Shown piece by piece: positions 52,120 to 64,000 of a stretch of 64,000 nucleotides of DNA (positions within the stretch are counted from its first letter, which is position 1; the number at the start of each line of letters is the position of its first letter). The stretch is from Octopus sinensis. Its lineage: Eukaryota. The notes under the pieces were generated by a model that worked only from the letters and a program-made list of their open reading frames with translations, was not told the origin of the DNA and did not search any database. A program made the translations under genes and the position numbers. The stretch lies in NCBI RefSeq assembly GCF_006345805.1, contig NC_043014.1, forward strand, positions 22,754,001 through 22,818,000, written 5' to 3'.

Positions 52120-53290
52120 TCATTGTTTAACGTCCGCTTTCCATGCTGGCATGGGTTGGATGGTTTGATATGGATCTGACCAGCTGAGAGTTGTCCAGAC
52201 TCCAGTTGTCTCTTATGACATGGTTTCTACAGCTGGATTCCCTGCCACTTAACAGAGTGTGCTAGATGCTTTTTACATGTCACTGGCATGGGTGCATTTA
52301 TGAAGCACCAGCATGCAACACTGACACAAGTGTGTTTACACAGCACTAGTACAGGTGCTTTTTATGTGGCAGCAGCACCTGAAAGGACATGCCTATATGT
52401 GTGGAAGACAGAAATTTTACTTAGCTTGATGCATCTTGTACAGCAAATCTCCACATTTCCCAGTCATTTCTTTAGTGAAGCCCAGCATCTGTAGATCCTT
52501 TCTCACCACTTCATCCCATGTCTTTTTGGGTTTACCCCTTCCACAGGTATCCTCCACAGTTAGAGCTCGGCATTTTTTTATGCAACTTTCCTCTTCCACA
52601 TGCATCACATGACCAAACCAGTGCAGTCTTCTCTCTTGTACACAACATCTGATGACTCTTACACACAGTTTTCCTCTTAAATCATTTACACTATGTCATG
52701 CAGGAACACTGACATTACCCATCCAGCAAAGCATGCTCACTTCAGTTCTTTCAAGCCTTTGCAAGTCCTCTGTAGTCAAAGTCCATGTTTCACAGCCACG
52801 TAACAGCTGTACATACACAGGCATCATACAGTCTGCCTTTCACTCTGAGGGAGAAGCCATTAGTTACCAACAAAGGTAGAAGCTCTCTGAACTTTGCCCA
52901 GCCCATTCTTGTTCTAGCAACTACAATTTCAGAACTTCCTCCTCCACTCTATTCCCTGCGCATTCTTAGTGCTTACTGTACCTGCACACTTGGCACATAC
53001 AAAGACTATATTCTCTGTTAACCTTACTGTGATACCACTACACCTCTTATGTGTCCAAAACCTGCACTGCATACAATGTAATACAATGTATGAAGCTTCT
53101 ACCAACACCCATCTTACATATCGAGTTGGGCCATCTCCCAGAAGGGACTTGTGATTTGTCTGTTTTCCTTCTTACTAGGACTTCAGTTTTTGCTACATTA
53201 ATTCTAATACCCTGAGATTCCAGGTATTGCTTCCACATCCGAAATTTCTTCTTTAAGTTAGGTAGTGATTCAGCTATAAACAACATCCTT
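52120..53290 (-). mobile_element. Degenerate RTE LINE 3' portion with tail
   Basis: Minus ORFs LFIAESLPNLKKKFRMWKQYLESQGIRIN and CIKKCRALTVEDTCGRGKPKKTW match 5932-7400. Tail at 52120-52330. Confidence 0.85.
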
Positions 53291-54261
53291 CTACCATTCT
53301 TTTACTTCCAGCTCTTATTTTGGGTTCCACACAACCTTCTGAAATTTATTTATTTGATCTTCTCTGTAATTTATGATGATCATCTGTGAGAAGAAAACAT
53401 TCTTAATTCATTTGAAAAAATGACATTTTGTAAGAAATCAAAGTTAATTTCTTTGTATACAGCAATGTTGTTTTTCACAATAATTGGAACATTTACAAAT
53501 AAATGTAAAACTAGTCCATACTCCTAAGGGGGATATCATACCATGATTGGGAACCACTTTTATTACCAGGAGTAAACTGTGAGTGTGTAAGAAACCATAG
53601 GGTACATCTGCAATGAGAAAAATAATGTATTTTTAATTTTACAAATTCATAGGTATGTTATTTATATTAAATTAATATTTTGGTGTTATGATTTAAATAG
53701 ATTTTACATATGGGGTTTTAGAAACTGCAGCAGCAGGTGGTTTTAAATTTGGATATGGATGAAATTACACCCATGGGAAAAGGGTTTTGTCACCTCTGAT
53801 ATTTATACAATGGTTTGACCTATTAAAAATAGCAGTGAAATCTCCTTTAAATCATACCCAACTATTTTAAATAAAAAAGGATACATCAGACAATGTTGCT
53901 TTTGATTTACTAAGATAGGAGATGGCCACAGTTGGAACACCCATATACAAACATTAATGTCACTTCCAAAAAAGACAATCTGATTGACTAGCAAACCTTC
54001 ACTAACCAACAACTTGCTCAGTGTCCAATGATCTCCAATGGGCAGTTCATTAAATGCAGTCAAAGGCAGACTTGAAGTCAATGAATGCAACCAATGTGTG
54101 CTGCCCACATCCAAGGACAATGCCAGCTGCAGCCGACTATTGAAGACCAAATCTGGCAGTGTAGGATACATGGTTTCTACAGCTGGATTCTCTACCTAAC
54201 ACCAACGACTTAACAGAGTGTGCTGGATGTTTTTTACATGTCACTGGCAGGATGGACAGGC

Positions 54262-55065
54262 CTGGCAGTGCTATCGAGAAGCGCTACCCGTTCGGGATAA
54301 ACTCTACAGACATGGCTCGAGAAACACGGGGCCGACCTGCCCGAGATGTGGTCAGAGCGACGAAACCGTTCTGCATGCACTCGTCCAGTGTCCAACCCTT
54401 TCCAACCTGTGGGCTTATGTTGAATGACTGCTGTCACATGTGGGACATGTCGGTTTATCAGCCGAGTCTATCATCAATATTGTCGCACCTCCTTCCTTCA
54501 AATGGGAAGGAAGAGCTATTTTCATCATACTTGTGGCTATGGCAAAAGAATGTATCTGGTGGATGCGTCTGAAAGGATTAGAGACAAACACTTTCCTCTC
54601 TGGTCAATCTCTCATCAACTTCTTCAAGTATCACTTGAAAAAGAAAGTGAGAGTAGAGAGGCAAGTTTTGTCTTGTGAATGTTTCAAAAAAAGATGGGTG
54701 AATGTAGCAAGGATGGTACGTATGAATGATGAAGCCACCTTGAGCATAATTCTATGAAATTTAAAACAGAGAGTTACTTACTTGCAAATAAATGTGTTAA
54801 AACATGTGACATTATTGACCGAGGTTACCGTGGTCTTTTCCATAGGCTTTTCTTTCCACAGATAAACCTTGTCTGTTTCCCCCTTTACACTGTACATCAT
54901 GACATTTCTGTGATACACGATCCCTATTGATCGTTTTTTTTTTATGATCCCTTTTGATCAAAAACCTACCCCACTTCTTTTTTCTTTTTTTTTCTCCCCA
55001 AAAAGAAAAGCTCTACTTTGTAATTTGTCCCCTCTGTGTTCAGCCCTATGTGGCTAATAAAGAAA
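54262..55065 (+). mobile_element. 3' fragment of a Tx1/L1-clade LINE (zf-RVT region, 3' UTR) ending in (TCTA)n
   Basis: LPVRDKLYRHG...TCPRCGQSDETVLHALVQCP (CX2C...H...C), a T-rich 3' UTR, AATAAAGAAA, then the microsatellite. Confidence 0.8.
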
Positions 55066-55067
55066 CA

Positions 55068-55265
<198 letters not shown>

Positions 55266-56021
55266 CATCATTTCTATTTTTAAGACAGTAAGGTATGATG
55301 AAATTTGGTTGTTATTTCTTGGAAGTTGAGCAACCATGTAGGTGCTCTCCTCATTATCTTGCACTTGGCTGTTTTCCTGCTTACTGAATCCCGTTATTGA
55401 TTTTCATGTGTGTTGAAGATTAAAACCTCAATGTCAAGGTTTCTTTGCTTCATTGTCTTTTTTCATTGACATGAAGCCAGAACTTTTATCATCAGTGAAA
55501 ATTTTACAATTCTTAGTTTAATCCTTTCCAAAACCATTTTCTTAATAAAACATTCTGTAGTAGGTTTCAATTCATTTTGAAAATAATCAAGAAGAAATTT
55601 GGAGGATTTAGTAAATTAATGAGATTTAAGTAAATTAATTAACTAATCTAATTACATTTTAAAAAGGGATTAGAAGAAAAAGTAGTAAGAAACCTTAAAG
55701 AAGTTTTCACATGAATTTTAAGTAAGTTGAAAAGGAAACCCAAAAATAAAGGAATCAAAAATTGAAATAAAATTTACCAAATTTAAAAAGAAAAATTACA
55801 TGACCATAATAATTAAATTATAACAAGAAACCTGCAGTCATTTTTAGAAATATTTTAAGAGGAAAAATAATTAAATAAAAAAATTCAGGATAGACACAGG
55901 TGTTCCATGTTTTTTCTCTTATTATTGGAATTAAGAAATGTTTTGTTTAGATACTAAGATTTTAAGGGAACTGCTGAATACAAAAAAGTGGAAAGATAAG
56001 AGAAAAGGTAGAAAGGAGGTG

Positions 56022-56052
<31 letters not shown>

Positions 56053-56580
56053 TGTGTGTGTGTATGATCCTGTGTATGGGTATGTACATGTATGTGTGTG
56101 TGGTTTCTGAGAAGAGAAACAAACAACATTGCACCAAAGTTTAGCACCAACTAACATTATGTGGCATACTACCCTTATTGAAAGGAACTGAGAGATGGGA
56201 GTTGGTAGTTATGGGAGGAGTGAAAGAACAAAGTTATTCTTACTTTCTCACTGACCTTTTCTCCTAGTGCTTCATTCTATACATTTGAAGATGAAAAGAA
56301 GATGAAGTAGAGGAAGATAGGGGGAAAAGAATGGAGGGAAAACTGTTTTCGGCATGGTTAGCAGAGCAGAGGCATCCAATTCCGGTGCCAGAATACTAGT
56401 TAAACTACACCCATAAATGAATATTATTTCCAGCTGTTCAGTAAAGAAGAAGAAAAAGAAGGAAAATGTTTGGACCCTCAATTGATGTCAAACTCTGATA
56501 TAACCTGAAACAAGTTCATTTATTTAATGTGTATGTGTGTGTGTGCACATAAAATATATATGTGTGTGTGTGCACATAAA

Positions 56581-56623
<43 letters not shown>

Positions 56624-56778
56624 AAGTACATATGTATAAGGATGTATATATATTTATAATGTATATATACATGCATGTATATGTATGTATGTATGTATAT
56701 ATGTATGCGTGTATGTATATATGTGTATATATATGTATATATGAGTGTGTATGTATATATATGTATATATATATATAT

Positions 56779-56810
<32 letters not shown>

Positions 56811-56815
56811 GTAAA

Positions 56816-56847
<32 letters not shown>

Positions 56848-56848
56848 C

Positions 56849-56900
<52 letters not shown>

Positions 56901-56920
56901 GTATGTATGAAAAAATATAG

Positions 56921-57235
56921 ATAGTTTATTTAAAGATATTCAAATCAATATAATATATGAAATTCATATCCCTACAGCTGTTTCTATATCCAGTTAATTC
57001 AATTAGAGAAGTTGAATTAAATTAATTTAAAATTTTCATATTGAAACTGGTTGATTGGATATTTTATCAAGGAAATACCCAATGATGAAATAACCAATTA
57101 ACCAGTTTCAAAATGAAAATTTTAAATTAATTTAATTGAATTTAATTTATCTAATTGAATTAGTTGGATATAGAAACAGCTGTAGGGATAAGAATTTCAT
57201 GTTATATTGATTTGAATATCTTTGAATAAACTGAT
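56921..57235. repeat. Foldback (~140-bp arms) containing a decayed hammerhead motif
   Basis: AGTTTATTTAAAGATATT...CCCTACAGCTGTTTCTATATCC pairs with GGATATAGAAACAGCTGTAGGG...AATATCTTTGAATAAACT. CCC-AATGATGA at 57078-57088 precedes GAAA-CAGCTG-TA-GGG at 57173-57187. Confidence 0.8.
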
Positions 57236-57580
57236 ATCTATATGTCAATTTCTCTGTTTTCTTCTTTTTCTCATTCATAAATATTTTAAATACCCATATC
57301 CATCAATGCAAAACTAACATATTTAGTTTTTCACTGAACACTGGTATAAACCAAAGAACTAGGATGCAAACATCCCTTAAAGGATTATAGATCCTTGGCT
57401 TGATTATATATATAATCAGCAGGAATCAATGGCAGTGATCCTTTTTTTCATTTTTATTAGCAGAGAATGCTTCAGAAGTTACTGAACACTTAGCATTTCA
57501 TGCTAAAGCACTTAATAATAACAACAATAACATCGAAAAATACCTTAGGAATGAGAACCCAGGTTCGAAATTTCCTCAAG

Positions 57581-57624
57581 ACACCTGACGAAGGCTGGAG
57601 CGTATATCAACCAAAATAGTGTGT
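57581..57624 (+). ncRNA. Decayed hammerhead-like motif
   Basis: ACAC, CTGACGA, AGGCTGG...TCAACC, AAAA (GAAA mutated), ...GTGT. Probably inactive. Confidence 0.4.
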
Positions 57625-57929
57625 TAACAACAAACAAGATGAGGACAAATATCTATCAAATGTAAATAATGTACATAATTCCTCATCTCTTAAATATAGA
57701 ACTGTAACTGTCCATATATTAAACATTAATGGCATGTGATTGCAGTACATATATTTGAAAATTTTCTTGTGTAAAAGATGTGGCCTGGATATAGGTGTAT
57801 GCAAGTTGAAATTTTGCTTATATATATATGCCTTGATATACATATGAACAGAAACACATCTGTGCAATGGTACAGTAGTATATGAGAAGACAAACATTAG
57901 CACACTTGCCATATCTTTATCTTTATCAT

Positions 57930-58345
57930 CTTTTATTTCTTTCAGTCATTTGACTGTACCCATGCTGGGGCACCACCTTGAAGGCTTTTAGTTGAACAAA
58001 TCGACTCCAGGACATTTTTTTTTTCTTAAACCTAATACTTATTCTGTTGGTCTGTTTTGCTGAACCACTAATTTATGGAGGCGTAAACACACCAACACAG
58101 TCACAAACACACACACACACACGCGTGCGCACGTGCACTCACATACATGCATGCACCCACGCACACACATGCATGCACCCATGCACACACACAATGGGCT
58201 TGTTTTAGTTTCTGTCAACTAAATCCCCTCACAAGGTTTCAGTCAGCCCCAGGCAATAATGGAAGATACTTGCCCAAGCTGTCACACAGTGGGGCTGAAC
58301 ACAAAACAATGTAGTTGGGAAACAAGCTGCTTACCACACAATCAC
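57930..58345 (-). mobile_element. CORE-like SINE copy
   Basis: Homologous to 12460-12750. Confidence 0.75.
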
Positions 58346-58979
58346 ATATATTTACCCAAGATATGACTTTAAACTGCAGCTATTAGTTGGGTCCTGGTTT
58401 GGGAGTTCCAGGGTTTAACTACTATTGTTCCCAGGTCTTAACCACTATTGTCCCCAGGTCTATTCTGACCCAGAGTGATAGTGTCTCTCAGGATCTCAAC
58501 TATAGGTTTATTAGCAATGTTATGGGGAAAAAATTACTCAAAGCATAAACCTTTACTGCCTTGTGAATTCCTGGGGAAACTTGGGAAAGGGAAAGACTAG
58601 GGGAGTCAACATCAACAACAAATCCAAGAGTGTAGTCCCTCAGATGGTTTAGTTTCCTCTTTGACACCTTTCCAGCAACTTCAAAGTAGACAGGTGAATC
58701 TCTCTAGCCCAGTAAGATATTTCACCTAACATAAGGCCACCTTTGTGTAAAACCTACAGTTTGCTGCTCATTGTAGCCATCTTAGCCTGCTAAGCTTCTG
58801 TAGTTAGACCTTCAAGTCTAAAGAGAGAGATCAGATTTTATGAGCTGACTTTCACTTTAAAACTATTAAGCACAGGCAGGAAGAAAAACCCTGCAGTGTC
58901 AAGGATCAATTTACGTAACCACTTGAGGGCATGTCACTCTTCGTCATGGTCTTCAGACACAAAGAAACTACCATATATA

Positions 58980-59032
<53 letters not shown>

Positions 59033-59051
59033 ATATATATCTGTCTGTCTA

Positions 59052-59093
<42 letters not shown>

Positions 59094-60779
59094 GGTATAC
59101 ACACACATATTTGTATATATGCAGAACTGCTCATGCAAATCTCAACATATTCATGTTCATGTGAACACGCTTGCATACATGTATAGATATATAAGTGCAT
59201 ATATCTCCCTGTATGTGTGCACGTGTGCATGTGTGTGTGTGTGCATGTGCCCATGTGTATGTATATCTATATATGTGTTGTGTGTGCATATGTGAATCTA
59301 CTGATACTGATAAAGTACACCAAACTGAATAGGATTCTACAAACACATGCAATTATAAAAAGTAAAAGATAATCACTGTCATTAAAGAGAATATTAACAG
59401 ATGCTAAATCATATTCAACACCAACAGAAAAAAAAATAACAGTCTAAAAGTTTAAGCAACCTGACAATGGAATTTGCCCAAACATGTCCAAAGTTTCAAA
59501 ATTCTATTTCAAATAAGGACAATCTTTGAGAAAGATTATAAATGATAATAAATGTGACTGACTTTAGAGGGCAGATGGAAAAAGCTATATATAGGTTGCT
59601 ACATGTATCACTGTCAGTGACATTAGCCGTTTATTAAGAACTTCATAAGGTGTAGCTCTTCTGATGTGTTTAACAAATTAAGTGGTTGCATCAATATATT
59701 GTACATTTCAGATAAACAGAGGTTTTTGAATTAATTCAGATGCAAATGTCACTTTGATAATTGAGCAGTAGCTATTGAAATTGTGGATGTCTATATACTT
59801 CAGATCTCAAATATAGTTTGAGAATGTAGTAATATTTCTTCTGAAATAAATAAGTCTTGTTTTTTGCTGTTAGACCTATAAAATCCTAGATGTAGACCAT
59901 TACAATTTGTCTGGAATTAATGTAGGATTAAATTATGCATTTCAATTTTGTCAAAAAACCCCATAAAGATGTCAAAGAATTCTGTGCCATTATGTTTGGC
60001 CCAGAAATGTCATCAAAGAAAGTGATGATGTCAATGTCCATGTTTAATCATACTGGAGCATTTACTACCAAAAGCTAATGCTTTGCTATTACCTATTAAC
60101 AAGAGCATCCCATGATGAAGAATATTTTAACTTCACCATGGAATATTACAATGTCTCATTTCATAGAAATGAATTTAATGAAATATTTGTTACATAAGAC
60201 ACAATAATGCAACTGAAAATGAAAATAATAAAAAGATCATATAGTTTATTTAACTTAAATGTCAGTCCAAACATTGTTTGACTGTTCTTACTCCTAATAA
60301 AAAACACTCACAACAAACTATAAGTACTACAAAAATCTTAATAGTAATAGTGCTACAGCAGGTGTTGTTGTTGCTGTCAATTTTATCAACAAGTTATCCG
60401 GTTACTTTGTGCCTTCAAAGCCATGCGAAGTAAGAGAGCCTTTACTTGAAAAACAGTTAAGTGTTAGTACCAGGAAGAACATCCAGCTGTAAGCAAATGC
60501 CTCAGATACTTTATTTGTCCAATCCATGCAAGCATGGGAAGACATATGTAAAACAAACAAAATATATAGAGAGAGTGAGGGAATACTTTTTATTTTGGTT
60601 ATTACTTCATTAGCACATCGTGCAGGATTCACACCAGCAAAGTACTGGTATATGCCACCCTAAGTCTTTAATTGGTTCCAGGATACACTGTAGGTAACAC
60701 TATTTGAAGCAGGTTCGTAGCTCGCAAAATATTTGTTGGGAGTCAAGGATAGTTAGCTCCCCTGTTGTATGTTCTAGAA

Positions 60780-61059
60780 CAGAGGTTCTAAAAGTTTTTG
60801 ACCCCCCCCCTCATGGCCACATATTACCCTCAATGCCCCCAACCCTATTTTTATGTATAAATAAATATTTTATATTTTACTAATTTATATATACTATGAA
60901 TCATTTCATATTTAATATAATATTATAAATTCATAGCATCTCCCAATACACTGCCTTCCTCCCAATGCCTCTTTTTTATCTACCGCCACCCCCTCCCACC
61001 GTCCCCTTAGACACCAGCACCCACATGAACTCTCTCAATGCCCACTTTGAGAACCTATG
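60780..61059. mobile_element. hAT-type MITE with an 8-bp TSD
   Basis: TIRs CAGAGGTTCTAAAAG and CTTTGAGAACCTATG. TSD TTCTAGAA at 60772-60779 and 61060-61067. Confidence 0.85.
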
Positions 61060-61259
61060 TTCTAGAACATTCCAAGGAAATATTGGTTAGCTCCCTCTTT
61101 GCTAGCATACAAGACATAACTGCAAAACGACACACTGGAGGGCATTAAAAGCCTACTTAAGAGCGTATTCCAATTGAACTTCCTTTTTCTTCTCTAAGAC
61201 ATGATAAGGTAAACATCAGAGAGAGAGCCAGGCACATGGATTTGATATTCATTTCTTAC

Positions 61260-61382
61260 CAGCAACTCGCTATGATATTCTACGCCTAGTTCTGGTCTGA
61301 AAGTAAATTTTGTAGTTTGAATTCCTATTCTCTCACTATAATCGTGGAACATAGCAAGATGTTCAGAACCTTTTTCTTCATA
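61260..61382 (-). other. Candidate 123-bp coding exon (YEEKGSEHLAMFHDYSERIGIQTTKFTFRPELGVEYHSELL)
   Basis: Bounded by AG (61383-61384) and GTAAGA (from 61259), phase 0-0 and open. Weak pyrimidine tract; no protein recognised. Confidence 0.25.
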
Positions 61383-62074
61383 CTAGATAACTTTATTGAA
61401 CATTGTGTACTCACTGTATGAGCTTGTTTGTTACGTATGTGAATATAACCTTGGACACGAAGTTGTTCAAGCATGGACACGAGTGTTGTTATCACTTATT
61501 GCACCAGAGGCATTTCACCGCCATTGGATTAATGACTTAGTCCAATTATTAAAGTGTTGACGTTTTCATTAGCAACATCCCTCTTAGAACACGACTTAAG
61601 TCAAATTGTCCGTCTACAGGATAGGCTAGGCCTGGCCTAGCCTAAACTGCTAACAGCTTTTAAGTCTACAGACAAATGTATTAATTATTTTGTAATATAG
61701 TAAAAAGAAAAACAAAAACTAATTTAGATGGTCATGGTCTCATGCAGTGAAACTATCTAATGATAACTCTGTTCAGAAGGCTGTAATATGTCATACGATA
61801 AAGGAACACTGTACAATGTATTCATAGAACAAAGCTGCAACTTTAAATACCCTCTTGTGGCCGACTATTTAGGCAGCCACCAGCAGGAGAGATAACTGCG
61901 CCTACACTAAAGTATTTTAAATTTACCAATATGTACAATTTGGTGGTGTTTACATCACTAATAGCCATTCCCTCGTGTTGTACTTTATTTATGAATGCAT
62001 TTTCAACAAGACACGGTTAATAAAAAACTATTTTAAGCTTACAAACAAATAGTTATTATTTTGTAAAACTTTAA

Positions 62075-62980
62075 ATGGAATACCCTTCCTATAATACTTC
62101 TCTGCTGCTGGGATAAAATGATTTAAGAACCAATCTTCAAAAGTAACAACTGTAACCCATACTTTTGAATTAGCCCTCCATATAACAGGGATATCTTGGG
62201 TATGTTCTTCAGGGCATGGACGTTGTGTACATGATACACAAGCAGTGGCTTTAACTTAAAATCTTCTGCACAATTACCTCCCAATATTATAGTCACACAT
62301 TCTTGTAGCCTGTAATTTTTTTTTTCCTCCTTGAAATGAATGAATGATCTGGCAATTTCTTCCAACATAATCCAGGCTCATCTACATTGAATATTTGCTT
62401 GGGAAGAAACCCGTTTTCTTCGATGATCTTCAATGTCGCAGGAAATTCCGCTGCTGCATGTTTGTCAGCTGATGCGATTTCACCTTGTTTCTTCAGGAAG
62501 TGATAACTTCTCAGGTTTTTAAATCTCATATACCATCCTTGACTTGCCTTGAACTCCACATCTATCTCATCTGGACATTTTTTTCTTTGGGTCCTCAAAC
62601 AAAGACAACATTTTCATCTGAATGATTTCTTGACTAAGAGTAACATTCTGACAATTCTGCCCATCATTCCAAATAGATAGAAGACTTTCCATTCCTTCAA
62701 AGATTTTGACTTGTGTTGATGTCAGTGTTCTTCATTACTGAGGTTTCATATGTGATGTGTGTTAAAACCTTGTCCTTATTATGCACAATTTATCCTCCAA
62801 CGTTATAGCATGACGCTTAGCTCCTTCACCAGGATTTTTCTTAGGAGGCATGGGGGGCAAAAATTAAAGTGACAAATGAATGTAAACGAGAGAATCTAAA
62901 CGATAAACAGATGTAAACAAATCTGAATTCAAGATAATCGCGGGAATCACGATGATGTCTAACGGTAGATTTTGGAACTA
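62075..62980 (-). mobile_element. Tigger/pogo transposase remnant
   Basis: MPPKKNP... start, FKASQGWYMRFK, GEIASADKHAAAEF, QIFNVDE.GL.WKK.P and ITIILGGN...FKLKPLLVYH. Confidence 0.85.
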
Positions 62981-63010
62981 GTAGTGCAACATGAGCTCCG
63001 AAGACAGATA

Positions 63011-63985
63011 AAGGATCTTTACCTTTTGACTGGCAGATTTAGAAAATAATTTTTTCTAACTAAACACTTCCAAACTTCGTATACTGGTAGAATGTGTCAT
63101 ATAAAACAACTTTTACTCTTAGCGTTTTTGAGAAAACTTTATATTTATGAAATTATTTCATGTTAAAGTTGTCGTATTTCAGTAATTTCAACCAATCAAT
63201 GACGTGTATTCAGTTGAATAAAATTACTGCTGTTGTTCGTCAACAACTATTGAGGGTGTATTTTTCGTTTGTCACTGTTATTTATGACATCGTTCGTGTG
63301 TTTGTACTGGATTCAGCTTTAAGGTTTTAGGGTTAGTGTTAAGGTTTTAGGGTTAGGGTTAGGATTTTAGGGTTAGGGTTTTAGGGTTAGGTTAGGGTTT
63401 TAGGGTTAGGGTTATGGTTTTAGGGTTATGGTTAGGATTTTAGGGTTAGGGTTAGTGTTTTAGGTTAGGGTTGGGGTTGGGGTTGGGGTTGGGGTTGGGG
63501 TTTTAGAGTTAGAGTTACAGAAAAATTGAAAAATGAAGAAATTGGAGGGGTAGGGGTAGGGGGGCAAAAAAGTCTTTCCGAAAATAGTAGCTGAAAAACA
63601 GAAAAAAACTAAAAGCAGTAGAAATGCACGAACGATTATGATGGTGCCATGAAGTAAACATGCTTCAGATACACTCGTTTATTTATACAAACATAACTGA
63701 GATGAAATATGTCATAAATAACAGTGACAAACGAAATATACCCCGCCAGAAGTTGTTGTTGACAAACAACAGCAGTAATTTAATTCAGCAGAATACACGT
63801 CATTGATTGGTTGAAATTACTGAAATATGACAACTTCAACATGAAATAACTTCGTAAATATAAAGTTTTCTCAAAAACACTAAGAGTAAAAGATGTTTTA
63901 TATGACACATTCTACCAGTATATGAAAGTGTTTAGTTAGAAAAAATTATTTTCTAAATCTGCCAGTCAAAAGGTAAAGATCCCTT
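63011..63985. mobile_element. MITE with ~280-bp TIRs, TA flanks and a central TTAGGG-like tract
   Basis: TA|AAGGATCTTTACCTTTTGACTGGCAG pairs with CTGCCAGTCAAAAGGTAAAGATCCCTT|TA. Variant (GGGTTA)/(GGTTTTA)/(GGGGTT) repeats at ~63320-63510. Confidence 0.85.
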
Positions 63986-64000
63986 TATGGTGTACATTTT

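Noticed and set aside
63320-63510. True telomere or chromosome end
   Set aside because: The tract is short, degenerate and enclosed symmetrically by the TIRs of a MITE.

Overview
AT-rich, repeat-saturated animal genomic DNA. The repeat families and the (TA)n/(CAT)n content suggest a cephalopod such as Octopus; this is inference. No host gene is convincingly supported, only two weak minus-strand exon candidates. The window holds decayed mobile elements: RTE LINEs and many isolated RTE 3' tails, CR1, HERO and Tx1/L1 fragments, tRNA-derived SINEs, Helitrons, Tc1/mariner, Tigger and hAT remnants, two Penelope-like elements (RT + GIY-YIG), several foldback elements and a 7.2-copy array of ~855-bp units. 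The most notable structure is at 12.8-15.3 kb. Two ~316-bp direct repeats each carry a type I hammerhead ribozyme motif, spaced ~465 nt apart once the insert is removed. They are interrupted by a 1.6-kb RT-less element with a CCHC zinc-knuckle ORF1, an AATAAA/A-rich end and a 39-bp flanking duplication. Its 3' tail resembles those of a Tx1/L1-like LINE fragment and a SINE elsewhere in the window. Further hammerhead motifs lie in the Penelope-like terminal repeats. All family assignments come from motif recognition by eye; no database search was run.
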